Below, one piece after another: positions 10,460 through 18,354 of a stretch of DNA of 64,000 bases (position 1 is its first letter; each line of letters opens with the position of its first letter). The notes beneath the pieces are model-generated. The model had not been told where the DNA came from, did not search any database, and was given only the letters and a program-made list of their open reading frames with translations. A program made the position numbers and the translations under genes. Source of the stretch: Planctomycetota bacterium. Lineage in GTDB: Bacteria; Planctomycetota; UBA1135; GCA-002686595. The stretch covers positions 42,599-106,598 of the forward strand of contig DUBE01000027.1 in NCBI GenBank assembly GCA_012960475.1, written 5' to 3'.

Positions 10460-10475
10460 CCATGCTATAGCATGG
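10460..10475. promoter_or_regulatory. perfect 16-bp palindrome CCATGCTATAGCATGG in the divergent region (bidirectional extended -10-like element or operator)
   Basis: I read it directly from the sequence. It is palindromic around a TATA centre, and each strand reads TG-C-TATAGC. It sits 5 nt upstream of the ATG at 10455 (minus strand) and about 80 nt upstream of the yihY-like ATG at 10556. Confidence 0.35.
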
Positions 10476-10555
10476 CAGCCGGTCACGGGGCCTCCAGGTG
10501 CCCTAGGGGGGCTTGCATCGCGTTCGTCCTCGCGCCCAGGGTGACCTGTCGTAGG

Positions 10556-11938
10556 ATGCGCTCCATGGGCGGGCGACCAGAGCGACGAAGGGGAGTCATA
10601 GGACGTCTGCGTCAGCGGGTGGAGGCTTTTTTGGTAAAGCGCGTGTGGGATGCGGACCTGGACGGGTTTTCGTTTCTACGTCGCACGGCCTATCGAGTGG
10701 CGCGCATCGGGTACCTCGCCGTACGGGGTTTTCGCGATCACCGCTGTTCGACTCATGCCTCGGGCCTGACCTATGTAACAGTACTGTCGATCGTGCCGCT
10801 GCTGGCTATGGCGTTTTCCGTGGCCAAGGGGCTCGGAGCCTATGAACGCCTGCGCGCGGAGGTCGTGAATCCATTTCTGGATCGAACCTTTGGCGCCAAC
10901 GGTGTTGAAGGAGCAGCATCCGACTTGCGTTCCGCTATTGACAAGGTCTTTCACTTCGTAGAGCGCACGGATTTTGGAAGCTTGGGAGCGATTGGCCTCT
11001 TGGTGCTGCTGTGGACTGGCGTCAAACTGCTGAGCGCAGTGGAGCACACCTTGAACGACATCTGGGGCGTGCGGCGTTCGCGCACCTTTGCGCGCAAGTT
11101 TGCGGACTATCTTTCCTTGGTGGTGGTGGTGCCGGTGTTGTTGATGGCGGCCACCACGGTGACCACGGCATTGCATGCGGATTATCTGCCCGAGGGCCTG
11201 AGCGAACTCTGGCCCAAGTTCGTGGCAATAGGTGCCACAGTGATCGGTTTCACCCTGATCTATCGATTCACTCCCAACGTCAAGGTACGTTTTTCGTCCG
11301 CATTGCTCGGCGGTTTGCTGGCCGGTGGCCTCTGGCACCTGGCCCAACTCGCCCACGTGGCGTTTCAAGTGGGAGTCGCACGTTACAACGCGATCTATTC
11401 CACCTTTGCTGCTTTGCCCGTGTTCCTGGTCTGGTTGTTTGTGTCCTGGACGATTCTGTTGATGGGGGCGGAACTTGCATCCGCCCATACGACGGAACCG
11501 GTGTTTCGGCGTAGCTTCAAGGCTCTGGCTCTGGGACCCGCAGCCCGGCGAATTGTGGCTCTCAAGGTAGTCTTGCAGGTGGCTGGTGCCTTTCGTGATG
11601 GGGATGCGCCCCTTGCTCCAGGCCTTATCGCGGAACAGATCAAGATGCCCGAGCGCTTGGTGAATGAGGTGACCTCTGGCCTTGAGAGCGCCGGGATCTT
11701 GAGCGTGGTGGAAGACGGTCAGGACAACGGCGGCGCGTTGGTGCTGGCCCGGGACCCTGCGGCTGTGCACTTGCTCGATGTTGTGGAGGCTGTGGATGGC
11801 CTGCCGCTGGATTCGGAGGACCAGGGCCTAGGTTCCGTTGCCGCAGTACTGCAGGAGTTGCGCCTGGCCCAGGTCAACAGTCCTGAGAACATTGACATCG
11901 AATCCCTGTTGGCGCGCGGGCTGGAGCCTGAGGACTAG
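10556..11938 (+). CDS. YihY/BrkB-family inner-membrane protein fused to a C-terminal Rrf2-like winged-helix domain
   Basis: The YihY signature context is present (HRCSTHASGLTYVTVLSIVPLLAMAF) along with multiple TM segments. The C-terminal roughly 130 aa resembles an Rrf2 wHTH (IAEQIKMPERLVNEVTSGLESAGILSVVEDGQDNGGALVLARDPAAVHLLDVVEAVDG). The start was chosen at ATG 10556, while the ORF-track start at 10454 adds a Cys/Arg-rich leader. Confidence 0.75.
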   Translation: MRSMGGRPERRRGVIGRLRQRVEAFLVKRVWDADLDGFSFLRRTAYRVARIGYLAVRGFRDHRCSTHASGLTYVTVLSIVPLLAMAFSVAKGLGAYERLRAEVVNPFLDRTFGANGVEGAASDLRSAIDKVFHFVERTDFGSLGAIGLLVLLWTGVKLLSAVEHTLNDIWGVRRSRTFARKFADYLSLVVVVPVLLMAATTVTTALHADYLPEGLSELWPKFVAIGATVIGFTLIYRFTPNVKVRFSSALLGGLLAGGLWHLAQLAHVAFQVGVARYNAIYSTFAALPVFLVWLFVSWTILLMGAELASAHTTEPVFRRSFKALALGPAARRIVALKVVLQVAGAFRDGDAPLAPGLIAEQIKMPERLVNEVTSGLESAGILSVVEDGQDNGGALVLARDPAAVHLLDVVEAVDGLPLDSEDQGLGSVAAVLQELRLAQVNSPENIDIESLLARGLEPED

Positions 11939-11947
11939 CGCGCAGGG

Positions 11948-13063
11948 CTAGCTCCAGGGCGCATGTGCCCGGGCTGCTACTGGAACCGTGCGCATGCTCC
12001 CATCGGCCTCCACCAAGACCGCTTCTTCATGCAGGTTGACCGTGGGGCATACATGGCGTGGCACCAGCAGCAGAGCTTGACCTCGTTCGGGCGTCGCACC
12101 TTCGTGGACCACAAAGGGGAGGTGCTCTTCGCTGGGGCTCATGGCCTGATATTGAGGTTGCCCCTGGACCGTTGCACAGGGATCTCCGGCCTCTGCGGCC
12201 AGAGCCTTGGAACCAGCATCGCAAGTGAAGTGCCTTTCGCGCGGGTGGCTGATTACGCGGGCCAAGACCAGAGCTGCGGGCAGTAATTCCAGTCCTGGGT
12301 TTTCTTCTTTCGAACGAAGGTCGTGAAAGACCACCGTGCCCGGGGAGACCGTGTGGAGGAGACCCTCCTTCATGAAGCCCTCAAAGCTCAAGGCCGCTTG
12401 AAAGGTCGGAGTTCCCGCGCTGACTACTTCTTTCAAGTTGGGTGCCCGTTCGCGCAGCTCCTTCAACAGATTCAGCGTGCGTTGATAACAGTCATGTACC
12501 GCAGATCGGCGCTGTTCCTGATCGGCCATGTGCAGGTGTCCGTCATAGACCGAGATGCCCACGAGCCGCCTTCCCGCCGCCTGAGCAGTAGCCAGAATGC
12601 GCTCTCTGTCATCCAAGGGAATTCCAGTGCGGTCCATGCCTGGATTCAAGTCGATCCAAGGCTCAAGGGTCTCTGGCAAGGTCGCCGCACCTTCAGGGTC
12701 CTCCACCAACATTCCCACTCGTAGTTCCCGAAAGGAACCAGCAACCCTGTCGAGCAGTTCAAGCGTCGGCCCCACATGGGGAAAGGCCACCAATATGCTC
12801 ACCCCGCTGATTTCCCGCCCTCGCACCAGCCGTCCCAGGTGCTCCAACTCCCGCGGCGTGGCACACTTGAACCGCCGTACCCCCGCATCCAACAACGACT
12901 CCCAGACCTCGGTGATCTTTGTGGTTTTCACATGGGGCCGCCAACGATCGGCAGCGCCGCAGAGTTCAATTATCCGCGCGATATTACTGCGTACATGCTT
13001 CATCAAGATGACCAGAGCAGGGGAGGGTAGGCCCTCCATGAGTTCCTTTGGGACTTGATTCAT
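11948..13063 (-). CDS. D-TA family PLP-dependent enzyme (D-threonine aldolase / D-serine dehydratase-like, alanine racemase N-terminal fold)
   Basis: The motifs PSPALVILMKHVRSNIARI and RPHVKTTK (candidate PLP lysine), the length, and the C-terminal beta domain fit this family. The start was chosen at ATG 13063 (MNQVPKEL). Confidence 0.65.
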   Translation of the reverse strand: MNQVPKELMEGLPSPALVILMKHVRSNIARIIELCGAADRWRPHVKTTKITEVWESLLDAGVRRFKCATPRELEHLGRLVRGREISGVSILVAFPHVGPTLELLDRVAGSFRELRVGMLVEDPEGAATLPETLEPWIDLNPGMDRTGIPLDDRERILATAQAAGRRLVGISVYDGHLHMADQEQRRSAVHDCYQRTLNLLKELRERAPNLKEVVSAGTPTFQAALSFEGFMKEGLLHTVSPGTVVFHDLRSKEENPGLELLPAALVLARVISHPRERHFTCDAGSKALAAEAGDPCATVQGQPQYQAMSPSEEHLPFVVHEGATPERGQALLLVPRHVCPTVNLHEEAVLVEADGSMRTVPVAARAHAPWS

Positions 13064-13125
13064 GACGCTGCAGATTGAACAGGGCCCGCCAATCTGCCAC
13101 TCTGCAACCCGTGTCGCCACCCCCA

Positions 13126-14220
13126 ATGGAAATCAAGACCGTAGAAGGAGCGCCCGGAACCGCGAGGCGTCTGGTTCTCGGGGGTTCTGTAGGGCTTGAA
13201 TCCTTGTCGGACTTGCGGGAGCGGTTGGACGAAGCCTCTGCGTATGGGGCTGTGGAATTGGACCTGGCGGGAGTGGGGGGGTTTGTTGGTGGCGCGGCGG
13301 CTGTGGTAGCGCCGCGGGTCAAGTCGGGTGCGGTGCGGGTCTTGAATGTGCCCGAAGCAGTTTCTTCGGTGTTGGACTTGTATCTGGCACGTGCGGCGGA
13401 GCCTGAGAGGCAGGCGGAACCTCCCATGGACCTGATTCCCTGGCTGGGGGAAGCTGCTAATGAGTATCGCGAGCGCAGCATGGGCATGCTTGCATTCTTG
13501 GGGGAACTTGGACGGTCTACAGTTCAGGCGATTCGTCGGCCGAGCACCGTTCGCTGGCAGGATGTATCCAGCCTTCTCGCGCGGCACGGTAGTGATGGAC
13601 TGCCGATCAATGCTCTGATTGGTTTCCTGATGGGTTTGATCACGGCCTTTCAAGCGGCGGTGCAATTGCGAAAGTTCGGCGCGGACGTGTTCGTGGCGGA
13701 TTTGGTGGGACTTTCGCTGACCCGGGAACTCGGACCCCTGATGATGGCGATTGTGTTGGCTGGCCGCTCAGGTGCGGCCATCAGTGCAGAGTTGGGCACA
13801 ATGAAGGTAGGCGAAGAGGTGGATGCTTTGCGGGTTATGGGCCTGGACCCCGTGCGTTTTCTGGTCTTGCCGCGCATGATTGCAGTGACTTTTGTGGCGC
13901 CAATCTTGAGCATCATGAGCACGCTGGCTGGAATCTTTGGGGGCATGTTGATCGCTGACGGTCTGTTGGGGATCCCCTTCAGCGCCTTCATCAACTCCCT
14001 TGAAGAAGCGCTGGGCTTCGCCGATGTGTTCACGGGCATCGGCAAGAGCTTGGTATTCGGCATCATCGTGGCCATGATTGCGTCCCAGCGAGGACTGGCC
14101 ACCCGTGGAGGGGCAGAGGGAGTGGGGCGCTCCACCACCGCAGCGGTTGTGACCACCCTGTTCGTCTTGATCGTGGCCGATGCCCTCTTCGCGATCCTCT
14201 TCAACATGTGGGGCATTTGA
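13126..14220 (+). CDS. mlaE: MlaE-family ABC permease with an N-terminal STAS-like domain
   Basis: The C-terminal permease block is visible (LVGLSLTRELGPLMMAIVLAGRSGAAISAELGTMKVGEEVDALRVMGLDP). About 100 N-terminal residues look like a STAS/anti-sigma-antagonist domain. The start was chosen at ATG 13126. Confidence 0.85.
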   Translation: MEIKTVEGAPGTARRLVLGGSVGLESLSDLRERLDEASAYGAVELDLAGVGGFVGGAAAVVAPRVKSGAVRVLNVPEAVSSVLDLYLARAAEPERQAEPPMDLIPWLGEAANEYRERSMGMLAFLGELGRSTVQAIRRPSTVRWQDVSSLLARHGSDGLPINALIGFLMGLITAFQAAVQLRKFGADVFVADLVGLSLTRELGPLMMAIVLAGRSGAAISAELGTMKVGEEVDALRVMGLDPVRFLVLPRMIAVTFVAPILSIMSTLAGIFGGMLIADGLLGIPFSAFINSLEEALGFADVFTGIGKSLVFGIIVAMIASQRGLATRGGAEGVGRSTTAAVVTTLFVLIVADALFAILFNMWGI

Positions 14221-14222
14221 TC

Positions 14223-14954
14223 ATGATTGATGTGAACGAACTTACGATCGGCTATGACGGCCACGCGGTGCAGAGCAAGTTGACTTTTGAGATTCCTCAG
14301 GGCGAGTTGGTAGCGATTCTTGGGGGTTCGGGTTGTGGCAAGACCACTTTGCTGCGCACTTTGGTGGGCCTGCTCCCCGTGATTTCAGGATCAATGCGGG
14401 TGGCTGGGTCGAACAACCCTGCCGACCTCGTGGGGCAACCCCCCTTTGGCGTCATGTTCCAGATGGGCGCGCTGTTCAGTTCCATGACTCTGGAACAAAA
14501 CGTGAGTCTGCCCCTGGAGGTATGGACTGATCTGGACAAGGACACTATTTCAGAGATCGCCCGGGCCAAGTTGGCCTTGGTGGGACTTGATGGGCAGGGT
14601 GGTCTGTCTCCGGCCGAAATCTCTGGGGGCATGAACAAGCGTGCCGCTATCGCAAGGGCCATGGCCCTGGATCCTCCGCTCCTGTTCCTGGACGAGCCCT
14701 CTGCGGGATTGGACCCCAGCACCTCCGCTGGGCTTGATGAGTTGATCATCTCCCTGCGCGAAGGCCTGGGCACCACGATTGTGCTGGTAACCCACGAATT
14801 GGAGAGCATCCTACATCTCAATGCTCGTTGCTTGATGTTGGATGCTGAGGCAGGCACTCTGATTGCAGATGGATTCCCCGGGGAACTGCGGGGCGACTCA
14901 ACCCATCCCGCTGTACACGCCTTTTTTCGGCGTGAAATGAAAGTCAAGACATGA
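14223..14954 (+). CDS. mlaF: MlaF-like ABC transporter ATP-binding protein
   Basis: Walker A (GGSGCGKTT), the ABC signature (ISGGMNKR) and Walker B (LLFLDEPSAGLD) are all present. The gene starts 3 nt after the permease stop. Confidence 0.9.
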   Translation: MIDVNELTIGYDGHAVQSKLTFEIPQGELVAILGGSGCGKTTLLRTLVGLLPVISGSMRVAGSNNPADLVGQPPFGVMFQMGALFSSMTLEQNVSLPLEVWTDLDKDTISEIARAKLALVGLDGQGGLSPAEISGGMNKRAAIARAMALDPPLLFLDEPSAGLDPSTSAGLDELIISLREGLGTTIVLVTHELESILHLNARCLMLDAEAGTLIADGFPGELRGDSTHPAVHAFFRREMKVKT

Positions 14955-15991
14955 AACGTCACGAATCCTGGAAGCTGGGCCTCTTCGTCCTGGCAGGCAT
15001 GATCCTCTTGGTGGGGGCTGCATTCTACCTTGGGGCGAGGCGTTTGATCCGGCCTTCGGTGGAGGTGATTTCGTTCTTCGATGAGTCGGTGCAGGGGTTG
15101 GACACGGGGGCTTCCCTCAAGATGCGGGGCGTGGCGATCGGCAAGGTGACCGACATCGCATTTGCTCCAGACCGCCGGGTGGTCAAGGTGACTTCACAGA
15201 TTTACTTGGATGTCCTCAAGGGCGTTGGCTTGACGGATTTTGCTACCGATGCAGATCTCTTCCAGATGTTGCCCGATGACCTGCGCGTACAACTTGCGGT
15301 GACCGGCATTACAGGGGTGCGGTACCTTGAGGTGGATTCGGTGGACTCATCCGACGGATTGGATCCGGTGTTGCTGTTCGATCTACCCGCCAATCATCTG
15401 CCCGCACGGCCTTCCACACTGCGAGGTCTGGAGCAGAGTGTTGTGGCTCTCGCCAGTTCGATTCCAGTGGTGATGACGCGTCTGGAGAGCCTCTTGCTCA
15501 ATATCGAAACGGACCTGGACGAGATGGACTTGCCTCAGACTACCGATGATTTACGAGGGCTCTTGAATGTCTGGCGGGTCGAGGCTGAGGCGTTGGATCT
15601 GGGCGCAGCGCAACGTGGGTTCAGTGACACCCTGGCTGATCTGAGCCGCACAGCTGAGGCGATCGAGGCCGCCGCCAATCAGGCCCAACGGGGGGAGGGC
15701 GCGATTGGCGGCGCCATGGTTTCGGTCGATCAATTGGCGGAGTCTGCACGGGTTGCCCTGGCGGATGCCGATCTGCCACGGTTGGTGGCCGCTCTGACGA
15801 AAGTAGCGGATGGTCTTGATGGCCTGGGTCCGGACGCCCGCGTCTTGCTCGGAGATACTCGTGTCGCCCTGCGTGGCCTGCAGCAGTCTCTCTCTGCTTG
15901 GACCAGCTTGCTGCGGCAACTCGAACATGATCCCGCTGCTCTTGTTCGCGGCCGGACCCAAACCAACCCCTTTGAAGGGAGTGATGACTGA
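14951..15991 (+). CDS. mlaD: MlaD/MCE-family substrate-binding protein with a long helical C-terminus
   Basis: An N-terminal TM segment is followed by an MCE block (FFDESVQGLDTGASLKMRGVAIGKVTDI). The start forms an ATGA overlap with the ATPase gene. Confidence 0.8.
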   Translation: MKRHESWKLGLFVLAGMILLVGAAFYLGARRLIRPSVEVISFFDESVQGLDTGASLKMRGVAIGKVTDIAFAPDRRVVKVTSQIYLDVLKGVGLTDFATDADLFQMLPDDLRVQLAVTGITGVRYLEVDSVDSSDGLDPVLLFDLPANHLPARPSTLRGLEQSVVALASSIPVVMTRLESLLLNIETDLDEMDLPQTTDDLRGLLNVWRVEAEALDLGAAQRGFSDTLADLSRTAEAIEAAANQAQRGEGAIGGAMVSVDQLAESARVALADADLPRLVAALTKVADGLDGLGPDARVLLGDTRVALRGLQQSLSAWTSLLRQLEHDPAALVRGRTQTNPFEGSDD

Positions 15992-16551
15992 TGCGAAGTT
16001 CTGTGATCTTGGGTTTTCTGTTGGTTGGCTGCGTGGGGGATCTGGTTCCTCCGCCTGCGCCAGCGGTCCATTGGTTCAGTTTGGATCGTACCCGTGTGGT
16101 CCAGAGCGTAAGTGCAAGACCAAGCAAGGTCAGCTTACACTTGGAGTCGGTGGAGGCTGCCAGGCACTTGTCTGATCGGTTGGTGCGTCGCATCTCTGAC
16201 GTGGAGTTCACTGTGCACGAGGACACCCATTGGGTTGAGGCTCCGGTGCGTGTCTTGGAGCGGAGTCTGCGCCGGGCTTTGTTTGAAGAGCGTGGACTGG
16301 TTTCTGATTTTCTCGGAGACGACCTGGTCCTCACATGTGAACTGGTTTCTTTGGAAGAGGACCGCCGCAGTGCCCCTGTTGCTCGCGTGGTTTTGCACCT
16401 TGAGCTTTCTTCCCAGTTCCGTCTGATCCGGTCTAAGACCATCACCAAGACCGTCACGATTACCAGTCCCATGATCGGGGCCACTGCTTTGGCCATGGCT
16501 CAAGCATTGGAGTTGGCCGTGGATTCAGCTGCGGAATGGGTGGCTCCCTAG
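15991..16551 (+). CDS. ABC-transport auxiliary lipoprotein (PqiC/DUF330-like)
   Basis: A lipoprotein signal is present (ILGFLLVGCVG). The protein is about 186 aa and its start overlaps the MCE gene stop (TGATG). The family call rests mainly on position and size. Confidence 0.45.
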   Translation: MRSSVILGFLLVGCVGDLVPPPAPAVHWFSLDRTRVVQSVSARPSKVSLHLESVEAARHLSDRLVRRISDVEFTVHEDTHWVEAPVRVLERSLRRALFEERGLVSDFLGDDLVLTCELVSLEEDRRSAPVARVVLHLELSSQFRLIRSKTITKTVTITSPMIGATALAMAQALELAVDSAAEWVAP

Positions 16552-16558
16552 GGAGCCA

Positions 16559-17683
16559 TCAACGTTCAAAGAGAGCCGGTGTGCTGCTGAGCAGGGTTTC
16601 GGCCACGGCCTCGGCCACAGCTCTCGCTCCTGCTTCGTTGAAGTGGCAGTCATCGTAGAAGAGGGCCGGGTCGGAGTTGAGGTGGTCCAGGTCAACCAAG
16701 ATGGCTTTCTCCCGGGCGGCCACAACACGGGTGCTGCGATTGAAGGCGTGCATGCCCTCGGCCATTCTTGCGAGAGGAATGTAGGCGGTCGGGCTTTTCC
16801 AGGGAGGCGCGCCGGACCAGCCGAACCAGCAACGTTCGTCGAGGACTTCTTGCTGTGCGGACCAAAGCACCGGATGGGTGAGCAGCAGCGGTTGAATGCC
16901 CCGGCGCGTAACTGCCCGGCAGATCCAGGTCAGGTGTTGTTCATAGGATCGCAATGCTGTGTCAAGGGACGGCATGGATGCACTGGCGGGTAGAAGATCC
17001 GCGCGGACCTGCCGTCTGGTTTGGTAGGAACCTGCGACGGGGTCTTCCAGGGCCGCAACTTCCCAGCGTTCGGCGCGCAAGGATCGGAGCCAGCCGCTGA
17101 TGGCGGTTTCTTGGGGGGGCCAGAGGGAGAAGCTCTTGGGTTGGGCGTGAAAGACCCGCTGGAGCTGGGCCTTGGACAAGGGCATTGGGTCTTGGAGGTC
17201 TCGGCCCTCGGCGGCTATCGCAAGGTCGTTGACTCCCGCCAGAACAACAACCACATCCAGGTCTTCAAGTTCGTTGAGCAATTTTCCAAGCAGGGTCACA
17301 TGGTCGAGGGCGCGGTGTCCCGATAGGCCTGCATTGCCCACCCAAGTGGGCGTGTCCTCGAATGTAGCGCTCAAGAGTTGTGGCCATGTCTCGTCATCGT
17401 CCAGGTACTCGCAAGCGGTCGTGCTACCGCCCACGCAGAGAATGTGCATTTCATCTGTGGGAGCAGGTTCAGGTCCGCGCAAGCCGAGGGATGATGTGGT
17501 GTGCCTGGACGGTCCGCTGATGCCGAACAGATCACCTTGTTCCGGGTGCAGGGTCACCGTGAGGTTCGGCGTGCGGGGCAGATGACGCCTGGTGGAAGTG
17601 CTTTGGCGGGCAATGAACTCCGCGCCTCCGATGGCAAGTAGCGCTCCGATCAAGAGCGCCAGAGTCCTGGGTTGTCTGGTCAT
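16559..17683 (-). CDS. SGNH/GDSL-family hydrolase (esterase), membrane-anchored or secreted
   Basis: The N-terminal TM or signal segment is MTRQPRTLALLIGALLAIGGA. SGNH blocks are visible: CVGGSTTACEY (block I), LAGVNDL (block III) and DDCHFNEAGARAVA (block V). Confidence 0.8.
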   Translation of the reverse strand: MTRQPRTLALLIGALLAIGGAEFIARQSTSTRRHLPRTPNLTVTLHPEQGDLFGISGPSRHTTSSLGLRGPEPAPTDEMHILCVGGSTTACEYLDDDETWPQLLSATFEDTPTWVGNAGLSGHRALDHVTLLGKLLNELEDLDVVVVLAGVNDLAIAAEGRDLQDPMPLSKAQLQRVFHAQPKSFSLWPPQETAISGWLRSLRAERWEVAALEDPVAGSYQTRRQVRADLLPASASMPSLDTALRSYEQHLTWICRAVTRRGIQPLLLTHPVLWSAQQEVLDERCWFGWSGAPPWKSPTAYIPLARMAEGMHAFNRSTRVVAAREKAILVDLDHLNSDPALFYDDCHFNEAGARAVAEAVAETLLSSTPALFER

Positions 17684-18354
17684 CAGAAGCTGTCGGGGGC
17701 GATCAGGATCACGATCAACTCGCGTGGACCATGGACTCCAGTGACCATGGTCAGTTCGATGTCTGCGGTGCGCGAGGGGCCGGTGATGAACGTGACCAGG
17801 GGCGGAGGCTCCCCTCCGTCCACCTTGTGTGCGATGGAGAGTGCTTCACCCAAACCCAGCACGATCTGCGATTGATCCACAAGAGCAATGTGCACCGGCG
17901 GCAGCAGGCTTGTCAGGCGGTGAGCCTCCGCATGGGAGAAGAGCACCAGGGTTCCGGTCTCGGCAATTGCGTGCTGGACTCCCGTGATACCCAGGCTGCA
18001 GCACGCCAATCGATCGATGTCCTTGGACCCTTGGAAGGTCGTGGCGTCGAGTTCGTCGGTTGCTTGGGCGACCAAAGGGCTATCCGTCACGGCGATCTCC
18101 TGCCAATCATTGCTTTTCACAAGAGTGCGCAAGAGGTCGCGGGTGCCGCATGCGTCCGGAACAAGGTGTACTTGACCACCTACGGATTCCAGGCGCGTGC
18201 GGAAGGCGTGGGTGAGGTCTTTGACCGAATCCATGGGGTTCGGCCGCCCGGGAATCTGAGGCGGAGCCGATTGGGCGGCCGGGACGTTGCGCAGGGCGTG
18301 CTTGATGGAGTCCATCACTGTGGCGCGTACCTTGTTTGCAGCTTTGTGACTCAT
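17683..18354 (-). CDS. lutC: lactate utilization protein C (LUD domain)
   Basis: The ATG at 18354 forms an ATGA overlap with the lutB stop. A LUD-type block is present (LGITGVQHAIAETGTLVLF). The longer ORF-track form (to 18663) lies inside lutB and is Pro/Arg-rich. Confidence 0.8.
   Translation of the reverse strand: MSHKAANKVRATVMDSIKHALRNVPAAQSAPPQIPGRPNPMDSVKDLTHAFRTRLESVGGQVHLVPDACGTRDLLRTLVKSNDWQEIAVTDSPLVAQATDELDATTFQGSKDIDRLACCSLGITGVQHAIAETGTLVLFSHAEAHRLTSLLPPVHIALVDQSQIVLGLGEALSIAHKVDGGEPPPLVTFITGPSRTADIELTMVTGVHGPRELIVILIAPDSF

Noticed and set aside
10676-11770. 364-aa minus-strand ORF antisense to the yihY-like gene
   Set aside because: It is fully embedded antisense to a gene with clear family motifs. 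Its composition is dominated by Arg/His/Gly/Gln/Pro with no recognisable domain. This is a typical shadow ORF of GC-rich DNA.
15621-16496. 291-aa minus-strand ORF antisense to the MCE and PqiC-like genes
   Set aside because: It is Arg/Ser/Pro/Thr-rich low complexity, spans a gene junction in antisense, and has no domain.
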